DNA of 64,000 nt, from assembly GCA_964199315.1 (NCBI GenBank), contig OZ116706.1, positions 9,362,001-9,426,000 of the forward strand. Reading direction: 5' to 3'. A program made the translations under genes and the position numbers. The notes beneath the pieces were generated by a model that saw nothing but the letters and a program-made list of their open reading frames with translations, made no database searches and had not been told where the DNA came from. Source of the stretch: Orbicella franksi. Taxonomy: Eukaryota. Positions 1 through 12,726 of the stretch are shown in pieces (positions within the stretch are counted from its first letter, which is position 1; every line of letters begins with the position of its first letter).

Positions 1-1874
1 CATATCTGTGAAAACAGAACTAGGGAAAATTTATCTACGTTAGAATTTGCGGAGAAAACAGTAAACACCATCACTCAGAAAGCAATATTTTTGGTTGTCA
101 AACATGCATTTATTTGTAGCGATCAAGGCTCTGCTAAGGAGCTAAAATCCGTTTACTGCCGAAGAATGAACATAAAGCGTTCGCGGACGACTGAAACAAA
201 CAAATAAACAAACGAATGATAGTTGCATATAGATCTCTAAGAACACCTACCCCTACTTTACATGAGACAAAATGTGATTGCAACTAATAACCTTGAATTG
301 AACTTATGTGACCACAACTATCAATTTTGCAGTTATATCGTGCATGTTTTCAAACGGCTCTTTTCCAACTGGTTCAAGTTTTTCCATCCAACATAGTTAA
401 ACAGCTACATGTTGCTTCCCTTGTTTGCAGATTATCAAATACTTTCATTGTCATTGTCATTTTAAGAAACGATAATTTTGATAAATTGCATGTTCCACGA
501 GGAAGCAAGTATAGTTACCCTGCGTAATGCGTGCTATATTTTAGATCCGGCCGTGTATTGCAGGTAATAAATATTTTGTTATAAAAGTGACTGAACAAAC
601 TATACCACAAACCCTGTCAACATGATCATGGATTTTCTTATCTTCAAGAAAGCATTGTCCCACACCCTGTGACAGAATTTGATTGAAAATGGCAAGATAA
701 GAGAATATCTAAAATTCCTCCGCAAGACCAAAACTAAAGATGTCAAGGATGAGGCCACCATTTTTGATTGTAGAGCAGTGGGCCAGTGGTAGGACCCTCA
801 ATGTAAAGACTAACGGACCTGAATGTAGAAACTGATGGTATTATTTAATTTTAAACTGAACTCGCCCTTACGAGTACCTACAGCCTAGCCATGTAGTAGC
901 GTTAAAATTCTTGATTGCACAAACCTTGATTGTATAGTCTCTGGGCAACTGATTGAACCTTTTTTTTATAACAATGATATGAAATAACGAATCTGTTTTC
1001 GGCAATCAATTTAACGTGACATGTAATTTGGGACAATCAGAAACCCTTGCTGCAGTTATAAAAATAAAGAGATGGGTTATTTCTGAAAGGTGATGCGAAA
1101 ACTGATCCACAACTTAAACAAAATATGGACAGATCGAGCTGTGCTCTTGTGTTCAGGTTTCCTATTTTCACAGTTTAATACAGTGTACCAATTTCTATCC
1201 TGAAATGAGAATGGTCTTTAATTTCATCATAAATTATTTCCTAGTATTCCAGATTCCTGAATAAAATTAAATAGATGCTAGGCAGAAAAAGAAACCTAAC
1301 TCCAACGGGGTTCTTCGTAGTTAACACACTGTTCTCATAAATAATATTTAACGTGAAAACTGGTGATGTGACATATGATTGGCATCACCGCACAACCAAA
1401 CATATGCATACTTAGGGTGCTGGGAAAAAAAACAGCGGATCTGAAAATCCGCATGATTCAAGTATGGCTGCCATTTAAGGATCAGCTTATTCCGACTAAG
1501 CACCAGTGATAAATATTATTACAGCGAAATTCAAGCCTCGACAACAGCATGACGAAAGACACCTGACTTGCCTTCTTGAACGATCTTATTCAATTCTTGT
1601 ATTATGCATGATTTTATAATTTTCGAGTATATCTGAGAAAGATAACACAATTGATTCAAATTGTTATTTGTCGCCGTTATACAAAAAAAAAACTGCTCTC
1701 TTTTTCCTAAATGATAGCGTTAGGTAATGATAATGAAGAGAAAATCATCAACGAGGGAATATTAACTTGATGTATCACAAAATTGTCAGAGCTAATATTA
1801 GGGCAGTTCACAAGGAAACTTGGTGTTACTAGCTTCAGATTAAAACGACTAATCTGATGTTGTTTCTGTTTCAG

Positions 1875-2702
1875 ATATCATATTAGAGGCACATTGTGGC
1901 TCTTCTATACCACAGCATCGTCGTACACGCACTGCCTTTAATCGTCACCAGCTAAAAGTTCTTGAAAATACCTTTTCCAGAACCCATTATCCGGATACAG
2001 CGTTGCGAGAGGAGCTGGCTTCATGTACAAATCTACCAGAATCAAGAATCCAGGTACATTTCCAATAACATTTTCACCAATCCAACCCACACCTCTCAAA
2101 AATATTTGGCAAAATGTTCGCTTTTCCACTTTTGCTCTACAAATTTGCAAAGATACACCTCTCCTGGAACGTTTTAGAAGAGGAGGAATCACAGCGATCA
2201 TAATTTTAAAGGGTTTTTTTTGTTGGGTGCAAGTTAAAAATAGAATGTATAGTCACGCAGCAAACACCCAGTGTTCTTTCCTAATATGATTTCAAGATAC
2301 CACCAACAGAGAACTACAGATTCGTCGTGTAAAAACAATGTTTATATAATTTTATGGTAGCGTTAAATAAATCTTAAGCTTCAGATTGAAGTTTCTTCTG
2401 CTAGGTTATATCATATTTTTTATTTATATTCACAGATATGGTTCAAGAACAGAAGGGCAAAACTCAGACGAAACGTGACAAATTGTAATACCTGCTCCTT
2501 GATTCCAGTTCATTACCCATCATACCAAGTATCTCAAGGAGACTCTGTCTCATTACCAGACCGCTCCACAGGATTTTCAAATTGCCAAAGATCGGCATTT
2601 TCGATGTACCCGGCTCACGTTCATGACCATATAAGAGAAAATAATTACCGTGGTTTCCACCATGTAGTAAGGGACTCATGTGGCTTTGTGGCGTATATAT
2701 AA
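1875..2702 (+). CDS. Dmbx: Dmbx-like K50 PRD-class homeobox gene, copy 1 (5'-partial). Exons 1875-2053 and 2436-2702; first coding exon not found in the window
   Basis: Acceptor tttcag at 1874 opens (G)AT-ATC-ATA-TTA-GAG = [60 protein letters not shown], with donor GT at 2054. Acceptor cacag at 2435 opens [13 protein letters not shown]... to stop at 2702. DIILEA, THYPD and WFKNRR (K50) match the Dmbx family. Confidence 0.87.
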
Positions 2703-3277
2703 CTAAACAAAACACGGAGTCAGCGGACCATACTCGCCAATTGGTTAAGTTTGTTATTGCCAGATTATGCTGTTTTTGTTCTTGCACTGTTGCCCACATA
2801 CACTGCTGCACAGAGAATGGCAGGACAACTAGACTACATATCGTCCTCGCCTTGAGAGAGCTATAAGCCGATAAGACCTTACATACTTAGTTCGCACTGT
2901 GAAAAAAAGATTCCGTTTGTCGAGTTTTTTTCGTGGCTATAGCAGCAAGGGAAATCTAGCAGTTTGTTAAAGATAGCTCCCCTCATACCTTAGGTATTTA
3001 TTTTAAAAATATCTTGTAAGTCTATTCACTTCATTTACTGTCGTCTCTCCCAACGTCCAGACACCTCATAATCAGGCTAACCTCATTATAGCTATTTTAA
3101 AGTAGAGCAGAACATGACAAGAACGCAGGTCTACTTTCCCTACATGGCTTAATTGTTCGCTAAATCTAATAAAAAGCTCCATGACGGGGCGACGGTCGCG
3201 ACTCACCTCTATCACAAAAAGACGCAGGTTTGTTTTTTTCAAACGGATTAAAACTGTCATTTGAAATACTATAGTAC

Positions 3278-4079
3278 AGACTCTTCTCAACCGCGTCCAC
3301 TTCTCTGTTGCAAAATTTAAATTGTTCAATAAAGGAATTTTTGTTTACAATAATTGCCTCATTAACCTAAGTGATTCCGTTTCTGATTGCGCTAAAAAAT
3401 ATTAATTCTTTATTGAAAGGTCATAGCTCGATTAATTATCCCCAAGAACTTGAGAACGGTGCATGAAATACGTTTTGTGCCACGAAGGATTTAAAAACTC
3501 AAAATGAAACGAATGTGTGGTTTTGTTAGCGCTTTTGAAAGCCAATATCTCTTCAATATTACACCCAAAGAGGTAAACATTTCACCATGCACGGAGTAAA
3601 ATTAAAAGCCTTTAGTTTAGACTCTTCTCAACCGCGTCCACTTCTCCGTTACAAAATTTAAATTGTCCAATAAAGGTGTCTGGGTTTACGATAATTGCCT
3701 AATTAACATAAGCGATTTAGTTTTTGATTGAGCTACAAAAACAGCAGTTTTTTTATAGAAAGTCATAGCACTATAAATTATTCCAAGGAATTTGAGAACA
3801 GTGAACGAAATACTTTTTGTGCCACGCTGGTTTAAAAACACGAAGTGAAACAACGAATGTGTGGTCTTGTTACCCGGGGAGGGGGTACTTTGGGAATTTC
3901 TGGGTGGATATGTGCCGCTGGGACCCTGGAACCCCTAGCCTATACCAGAGCTAGTTCATCTGAATTTTGCTACCCTATACTAGAGTAACCTCCCCAAATC
4001 CCCCCATCTATCGACACTGTTGAGGCTGATTTGCGTAAATTTAAACTTGCCGATTTGATTTTTTTATATTTTTTGAGTG

Positions 4080-4117
<38 letters not shown>

Positions 4118-4225
4118 CCAACTAATCAGTTTTGTGAAAAATTATACCCTATTCTAGACCCAAACGCTCTGATATATATACCCTATCCTAGAGTAAACTG
4201 CTTGAAAACCATACCCTTCACAGCG

Positions 4226-4256
<31 letters not shown>

Positions 4257-4356
4257 GCCCCCCCCCCGGGTCTTGTTGGCGCTTTTGAAAGTTTTGAAAG
4301 CCAATATCTCTTTCTATATTACACCCAAAGAGCTAAAATTTTCACCATGCACGAGT
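3278..4356. repeat. Direct tandem duplication of a ~340-bp unit (3278-~3600 and 3619-~4356); the second copy is interrupted by a MITE
   Basis: agactcttctcaaccgcgtccacttctc begins both copies (3278, 3619) and similarity continues to ttcaccatgcacg at both ends. Confidence 0.85.
3873..4270. mobile_element. Non-autonomous DNA transposon (MITE) with CCCGGG termini and ~8-bp target-site duplication; superfamily unassigned
   Basis: Starts cccggggagggggtact, ends agtgccccccccccggg. Flanks tcttgtta / tcttgttg. The empty site ttttgtta is present in the other tandem copy. Internal taccctat repeats. Confidence 0.82.
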
Positions 4357-5893
4357 TTCACAAGCTCTTCAACTGTTTAGAGTAACATGATCCCTCTTTA
4401 CGCAAAGTCGTATAGCAAAGAGGTAAAATGTAAACAATGACGTCAGCAGCGATAGTCCCGAAAGTAACGAGCAGCTGCAACATGGTGGAAAGGGAAGGGT
4501 ATTATCGGAAAGATTTTTGCATCAGAGATTTGGAGGATTATTTTCTGGGAGACGGGAATTTTATCGCAATTGTAAGCTATTGGTTAAAAATCCTGGTATC
4601 TACGCTGTCTTACAATTTTTCTGTGTTGGCTTCTGTCTCTACTTTAAAAACCATTTTCCTTACCTTGTTAGTTGTAGCAATCCGTCTTTGAAAATATTGT
4701 AACACACTGTAGTAAGAGAGTGAGAGGAGGTGCTTACTCTCAGAAAGAGTTTTGCATCCGACATTTGCAGGGAACAAGGAATGGGCTTACCAGTATTTGC
4801 TGAACCTACTAGGTCATTTAGTTCACTTTTGCATTCCAGACAATTACAAATTGTCGTACAATTGAGATCATGTTCTTTTCGTTGTCACTTGTAGCTGCTT
4901 GTAGCAAACCGTTTATGTAGACAGAATATCAGCTTTGCTACAGAAAGTCAGCGTCGCTACGGAAAATGAGATGTACACAACGGTACAGTCTTATAGCCAT
5001 ATATTCAGTAAGGACTAAGGAGAGCATGGGTCAGTGAACAGAGTGATCCATAAGCTACCTATCAACAATCTATTACTACTGTTACAAATGTCACTACTGT
5101 CTTGACAGAAAATGATAAATTGCTTTTTAAATGAGTCTAATTTTAAAATGGATCCATTTACAGTGCCGCTAAGGCACACAGCTCGCACAGCGCGATAAAC
5201 TTTATAAAACAACAGATAGAAAAGGTTGGCGAGATAACAGCTGAAAATTAGTTGGAGCAATCAGTTTCGGCTCGCGGTCCAGGATCTCTTTAAAAATTAT
5301 AACTATTTGACCCAACTGTACAAATAAATTATCTTCCAGAGCCTTGGATAACATCTAACCTCTTAGCGTATATAAGATTTTAATAAACGTCCACTGTGCC
5401 AGGGACGTCTCGTATGTAAACAAACGTACGTGCATACTTAGCCTACAACATGTCGGAAAGAGGTTCCACGAGGCACTTAGAATTCTTCTAGGGACGAGAA
5501 ATATTTCTCCAAAGTGGAGGATTTTGAGTTGGAACGGAACGTTCCTATTCAGTCTAAGGGAATAATTCTTGTCAAACTGGATTGAAGCTAGGCTCTGTAT
5601 ATGTTGCAATCGATACTACTGTCGCCATCGCATTGAGGTCATACCAGAAGGACAGACAAATTACGGGATGGCTTTCTCGGTGTACTCTCAACAAGGATAA
5701 CTGATTTAGCATGTGTTGAAACGCGAATTAAGGAGGAAACAATTGGGCAAACTACATTGTGATCTTCATGCCACCCTTAAGGAGGGTGAAAAGAAGAGCC
5801 TTCGGTAGAAAAGCTGCAACAGCCAGCACAACAAAAAGCCAAGAGGCTGTTTTCGTGTGCAAGTCCTACTCCCTGCAGCGTCCAACAGTCTTA

Positions 5894-8800
5894 ATGGGGG
5901 AATCGGTGGACAAACTTCCATTTTCGGTGGCAAACATCTTGCAGGGCGATTTATCAAGGGGAGTTAGAAAAGCCGACCAATCTTCTTGCAACGCCAGTAA
6001 GGCTTTGACTCTCGCTGAACGACTAGCAGGTAAGTCATGATTAATCAATGTTGTGGATTAGAGCCGAATTTAGCCAGATTAATACGCCAAGAATACCCAT
6101 ACTACTTAACAAGTTGAGACAGAAAAGCTGTTGTTGAAAAGTTAACACCGGGGGAGGAAATCTCTGCGCTGCTACGCCCGCGGAGCAACCTCGCCCTGCT
6201 ACAAATAAAAACAACACTGGTTTTGCGAACGTATTCCATTGCAAAGTAAAAGCATTAATTACCCAGTCTTAACTGCTTGTAATTGTTTTAAATGTTGAGT
6301 AAAAATGATACCCCTTTCCAGATCAAAAACGGGAAATTTCTGTACCGTGCATCAGCTAAACTGAGCGAAAACACACTCGCGACGGCGACACTCGATTAGA
6401 CTTGAAGCTAATGGGCCTAGGTCTTCCTCCCCCGGAAAGTTAACACTGTTAAATGTGTTGGCAAAATGCGTTTACCACAAGTGCACTCCTCACAATATGA
6501 ATATGGGTAGTCATGGGTAGAGAGGCGTTCGTCCTTTAAGTCAACTATTTCTGCCTCAGTGACAAGACCAACAATTGAAAGTTGTAAGGCAGAAGTGTTC
6601 TTGTGAAATCATTCCCAAGGGCAAATTAGAATCACTTCCTATGTCAGTTTAAACCTCAACATTCACTGGTAAATTCATCTCGGTTAGTCGTTATACGTTC
6701 CATTAGATAGCATTTAGCATTGCGTCGAAGCGAAAAAGGAATGTATCAGTACCGGGGGAGTTCAAATACGCGGATTACACTAGTTTCTTACTTAGCTATA
6801 TCGGTTGAAATAAACGGTAATCCTGGCAAATGTTCTCGATTTCTCCAACGTGATATTTCTCCGTCAATATAACCTTTTTATCAAATCATTACAAACTATG
6901 CACATACGGGAAGGCGCCATCTCGGCATTTCCATCGAGAACCGTTTTAGTACATCTTTGCATCATGGCAAGGAAGATGTGTACCTCGGGGTAGGGGGGTA
7001 CTTCCAGAAAAGTTGGGTGAGGGTGTGCGGCCCACTTCCCAAAACCCTTACCCTATTTATGACCAAACTCTGCGTTTTTTCCTACCCTATTTATGACCTA
7101 TCCAAATACTCGATAGCCTATTTATGACCGTTGCGGCTGACACAGTTGCCCCAAACATAAGTTATGAAGGGCTTTTGTTGACGGTTTTATCGATAAAGAT
7201 GAAAAGGTAGCTTCTTCTAAGAAACCTACCCAATTCAAGACTAGAGTGCTAAAACCATACCTTATTTATAACCAAAATGGCCAAAATCGATACCCTATTT
7301 ATGACCAAAACGCCCATATAAGGGAGTGCCCCCCGGAAATGTATGTCTTAATTACATAAGCCATACGACACGATGCACCAAAGCATTGACTGAAAACGGG
7401 AATCTCTTACGATCACGCATGATAAACAGGTTCTCACACTAGCTCGAATAAGGGAATCACAGCCAATCTTGTAAATAGCGTCCTAAATACATATTAGGCA
7501 TCCGATCAGTGTTATATATTTATGGGCTTAATCGCTTGTATATGACTATGACAAAGAACGCTATATAGAATTCTGAAACTGTCGCTTAACTTTACTCACA
7601 GGAAGGGCTTAACATTAATATAGAAGACTGAAGTACATCCTATTACGTGACCTATTACACAGCTTTGTTTTAACATTTTTACTACTCATTCCTCAGCCAA
7701 AAGATACAGTACTCGAGCATTAGCGACTCCTGTACTACTGCTGTTCTAAACTACCACAATTTGAATTCTGCAGTGCCCTCTATACGGACCATTCGGATAA
7801 TTCGGTCACTCTTTATTTCATTGTGAGTCTTACCGCTTTTCAACAACAGAAATATACATAACTTTATCAGATTAAGCGTTTGTTTCTGAGGAAAAATAAT
7901 TGCGTCAAACTCGCGGGTTCCATTCCAAGCCATCTCCTGTCATGAAATAATAAATTGCCTCTGAATTTTTCTTGACTGATAACCTTCCATCTTGAAGTGC
8001 CATTTTGAAAGTTAAATTGCTTGACTAATTAACCAAAACGCAGGGTTTGCCGATCACTCATTGAGATAAATAGATGATTTAAACGGTATCCTCATTGAAC
8101 TTCACCTTCAAAATTATGAATGCGCCTAATTTCTTCAATAAACAGGAGAAGATCACGCAAAGATAACTAACTTATGAAAACAAGACTTGCATTTGTTAGC
8201 CACAATACCAAATTTATTGGGCTAACAAGGAAAAAAAACCTGACCAGAACTTTGTAGAAAACCTGTCACCTGAACAATACAAATGCAAAATTGAAAAATT
8301 ATATGAGTATATGTAAAACGGAGTTCACTGTAGCAAATACCTAGAGCTAAAATATGTTCTCAGACTCACTCATACAAGTTTAAGCCATACGAGAAAACGA
8401 AAACGTCGCCGATGTCTTCAAGAATTTTTCACCATAATCCACAATTACATTACAAGATTATTCCCAGTAGGTAACATGTATCGATAGGTTTACCAATGTT
8501 AGCTATGCATCTGGGCTACATGAACCCAAAACAGCATTTTCTCCATATAATGTTTTGAATCGTGTGAGGGTCTGGCAACACAAATTGAGATTACGCAAAT
8601 CTAAGGGGTAGAAGACTTAGTCTCAAAAATTTTACCCATTTAATTTCAATTCAAACACATCCAAGGTCTATAAATTACTCCAAAAAAACCGCCATACATG
8701 GCCTTTCACTCCCAAGAATGTCATAAGGTAAAACACCATTTGCCCAGACAGTTTGTATAAAGGTTTAAAGACACTAAAGAGGGCTTCGAAAGATTTGCTT

Positions 8801-10494
8801 TTTTTTAGTAATAGCCGGATTATGATTTGATTAACTGCACTATACGGTGTAACCGTTATCTATCTGACCTAGTGCGCTGCTTCGGGCGCATATATTCAAC
8901 GACAACATACAGTCTATGAGCATGGTTGATATTTAAGTGAAGATTGCGATAATTTTGAGCGTTCCTTTGTTTTCTGTTTAACTGAAATTGTATGTTATTG
9001 TAATTTCTTTTAAAAAACTATAGCAATTTTATTTTCTTTTTCTTTTGTTAACTTATTGTAAATTTTTTATTGGTATTGACGTATACCACGTGTCTATAAG
9101 AAAAACACATATAGTGGCATATAGTGAGCGAAGAGAACTTTTTTCAAAATACCATGACAGAAAAAAAAGCTGAAAAGTACCTTAAGCTTACGCTTGGAAA
9201 GATAAGACCGTCACAACAACAGGTGCTATCAAAAGAGAAAATTAACGATGACAAAAAAGCTTAAGGTAAACCAAATTTAGAGCCCGGAAAATCAGTTTCT
9301 GTTTCCAATACTTAAACAAACTTACTCTACACAATTATAACTCTGATCTTCCACTACCATTTTCTCAGACGTGATAATGGATGCCAAGAACAATACAGAA
9401 GGCGGGGGACCGAAACGTCGGCGAACTCGCACGGCGTTCACTCAGTATCAACTGAAAACCTTGGAGAACGTGTTTTCACACACTCATTACCCTGATGTGG
9501 TGATGCGGGAACAGCTAAACGAATGGACCAGCTTGCCAGACTCTACAATACAGGTTTGAGGAATAACTGTCTTTACATTATCACTATAAATTGTCAAGCA
9601 GACATGCTCGCGATTTTCAACTTCACAAGCTATCGGGAAAGATGTCTGTAAATGTTGAGTTAAATATTTATTTGGTGTTAAATGCCTACTTATTTATTCT
9701 GGCAGTCTTGAATAGACATACTGTCATAGGGAACCATAAGAGGAACGGGAACCAGGGGGAAACGAATCAATATCACTTTAAAAGGTGTAACATTCGAAAA
9801 AAACTGTTGGTAGACGGGCCAGTGAAACACTTAACTGTTCATCTTGAAGTTGACAGAGGTTATCCCTTATAGTATCCTCTGACGAAGGGCTAACGCTGGA
9901 AACCTCCTTTTCACTAACCCGCTACGGCTGTTTATTTAGCTTTCTCAACCCCAAGGTTATACACAGTTAAGTGTTTCCCTGAAAAGGGGTTTAGGGTTAG
10001 CGTCATACATTTAGGTCTGACATTTATATAGTAAGCAATAGCTCAAGAACTGCACTGCCTACCCCAGCCACGCCTCGACGATGGTCCGTAGTTTGGACTG
10101 AGCTGTGAATATGTGGATGCTGTTATTGTCTACTTGCTGCTGGTTTCTTTTTAGCCAGAGTAGTTGAACGCTTTTTGTTAAAGTTGCAAGACAATCAACT
10201 TCAATTTATATTGCTGCTATTTTCATTTTCTTTTTACAGATCTGGTTTAAGAACAGGAGGGCAAAGTTCAGAAAGGAAAAAAGGACTCCTATTCTCCCTG
10301 TAAAGAAAGATTATAGCATCGACAACTCAGCATCACCGCTGAGCCCGGCTTGCTGCTGTCCAGCTACTTCACCCATATTCTTAACCCAAGGTAACAAACC
10401 TACTACCATGGAGCAAATGCAAGGGAAGAGGATGCTTGCTCTGCCGTCAATTTCTAGGTTACCCTCAGTGACATCTGCTTGGAAGCTCGTGTAG
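5894..10494 (+). CDS. Dmbx: Dmbx-like K50 homeobox gene, copy 2. Exons 5894-6029, 9369-9553, 10240-10494 (191 aa; 233 aa if the in-frame ATG at 5768 is used)
   Basis: Exon 1 has eh1-like FSVANIL and [10 protein letters not shown], then G|gtaagt. Phase-1 join gives D-VIMDAK...[46 protein letters not shown]|gt. Exon 3 [14 protein letters not shown]...KLV*. Frame is intact across both introns; AATAAA at 10548. Confidence 0.88.
6983..7336 (-). mobile_element. CC..GG-ended MITE, reverse-orientation relative of the 12.7-13.2 kb copy
   Basis: ggggggtacttccagaaaa...taccctatttatgacc repeats...cccatataagggagtgccccccgg is the reverse complement of the 12727-13184 element with internal indels. Confidence 0.8.
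9853..9960 (+). mobile_element. Penelope-like terminal-repeat remnant with degenerate hammerhead core
   Basis: CTGACGA(9879)-a-gggc-taac-gctg-GAAAC(9899-9903), the core layout of Penelope-associated hammerheads. The stem-II closing pair and cleavage triplet are mutated. Confidence 0.5.
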
Positions 10495-11105
10495 AAATTG
10501 CAAAACAATTAAAAGACGCTCTTAAATGATTTATAGCGAAAACACAAAATAAAATAGCTATCTAAAATAATGTAATGTAGATAAATCTTATTTGTAGTGG
10601 TCATGCACTTAGCTATATCTACTTTTCGATTATCAACTGAATCCAGGGACAGTTTAGTTAGTTATACTTCCCATTGTTCTACTCTTTTAGCAAAATTTTG
10701 AAGGCTCGTGTTGATCATGCATTTATCCAACGGTAATGAATACACTGAGCGATTCTTATTGGTTCAGTTTTTCATTTTTCGCTTGTCAATAGAATTAGGT
10801 AAGTACGGTCTTCTTTGTAAACTTATGATTATTCTGGCAACTTGAAACATTTTTACATGGAGTGGATGAAACTGAACATGGAAAAAGACAAAAAGTTAAC
10901 TTCTTCGTTGAGGACGTTAAGTGACGTACTGTAACGCCACTCAGGAGCGCGAGCTAGTTAGCTCGGTTGAATGCCTTAAACATCTGTATTTTTAGCGTGT
11001 TAAGAGAACGGAGTAAATCGCGAAATAGATGAGATTATCATAGAGAACGTGACAACAAGACCTTCACAAAAAAATTGCAATCGGCAAGTAATTTGATGGT
11101 CATTA

Positions 11106-11367
11106 CAGGGCTGCAAATAATTTTTTTTCTCTTGAAAGGACTACTAAGACACCATCTTGTTCGGACAAAACAAATTCTTATTGTGATCGGACATCACCAA
11201 AAAAAGTAAGATTTACTCAAGGTAGATTTTTATTCATCCTTACTGTAAATGATTTAGGATAAAAAAATTTGTCCGGACATCATGTCCAATCACAGTTGGG
11301 AATTTGTCGGACACGAGCAAATTTTGGTTGGCCAATGTCCGATGACGGACTGTTATTTGCAGCCCTG
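11106..11367. mobile_element. MITE with perfect 15-bp terminal inverted repeats, flanked by TA
   Basis: cagggctgcaaataa at 11106 and ttatttgcagccctg ending 11367; TA on both sides; internal (t)cggaca / tgtccg subterminal motifs. No 8-bp TSD, so Tc1/mariner versus hAT is unresolved. Confidence 0.8.
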
Positions 11368-12726
11368 TAATTAGAAAACATAGAAAATTGATAAAATGAT
11401 TAGTTATCAAAAGTAACGGAGTCGAATGGCATATGATACCTTGAAACACTTCGAAACATTAGTAAGAAAATACAGCCTAAGTATTTGGTTAAATGAAACT
11501 GAAATAAAATACAGACCTTGCTCGAGCTGTTAACGTAATGATTGTGTGGGGAAAAAAATTTCATTTTAATAATCGAAATAAACGAGTGGTTTTCTCAAAG
11601 AAATAAAATCTATCCGCTTCTCTGTTTTTTTTTTTTTTTTATCGAGTTAGAGAAACACTGGTGAAAGTTTTGGAGAACCAGGAAGAGCTGTGGCCGGAAA
11701 CATTCGCCTGAGACTCATGATCCCAAAGAATTTCTCTTTTTTTAATATATCATACAGTGTAACCAGAACTTGATTCTAGAATCTGAATGTAATTTATAAT
11801 GCCTTGTAGTTTAAGCTAATACTGCTCAGTTCTCTTCGTCCCCGAGACTCCACTGCTCTTTTAAGTACAGTCCAACCCCAACAAGCGGCCACCCTCAAGG
11901 AAATGGGAGGTGGCCGCTTCATAAGGATTGGTCCTTAGCATGAGGTTTAGTAGAAACGTCAATGGAGACATGTGAAGACAAAAATAAAAGTTTGTTTGCA
12001 GAATACTTTTATCAGGGAACACTTTCTTATTTAGTTTTTGCCAACTGGTACATTGAAAAACGGAGAACCAAATTTTTGGAGAAAGTTGTGGGAATGGTAA
12101 AGAAATGTTGGTCGGTGACAACTTTGTTTCAGTAAATTATCAACCTAGTTCAAAAATTTACCTGCAAAGATTGTCAAATGAGCTTAAAAGTTCATTCAGT
12201 TTTTAAAACTTTTGAAACCAATAAGCCGGTAGACAACAATTTCCCATAATAAAAGCGAGAGTGATGGGCCCAGGTATCTCCCTTCCTGTCTTACGGCACA
12301 AGATAGACTCTTAGAGGCGTTGAGTTACTAACTGAACGTCTGGAAGAGGCTAGCACAAGAAGATAAAACAACAAGCAATGTTATTGTACAAGTGGGAGAG
12401 ACGGAGGAAGGGAGGAGAGGCATTTGAACCCTATTAGGAAAACGTGGTGCCGATTGGGGTCTGAAATTGGGATCCTGTTTGGGACAACGAGCGATTTTAA
12501 TACCAAAACCCTTCGCAGAACAAACACTTCTATTCTAAAGCACTGTTGTATTTGTCCTGAAAACTGTGTGAAGTTAACTAACGTTGTTCAATCAAATTTT
12601 GAGTCTAACCTTAATTGTCTTTTGGCATACATGTCTGCAAAATCCTTCGACGATATTCGTGCGGCTGGTTATTTGTAGACTACTAAATATATGAGACACA
12701 AGATGACTGGTCTCAATGAGTAACGC

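Noticed and set aside
1-1874. First exon (eh1 + LAERLA) of Dmbx copy 1
   Set aside because: No LAERLA-G|gt exon was found here. It probably lies upstream of the window, as intron 1 is 2.8-5.7 kb in the other copies.
5759-5893. N-terminal extension of Dmbx copy 2 from the ORF track (start 5759 / ATG 5768)
   Set aside because: 5759 is not an ATG. ATG 5768 is possible, but ATG 5894 places eh1 about 10 residues from the start as in copies 3 and 4, so it was preferred. Not resolved.
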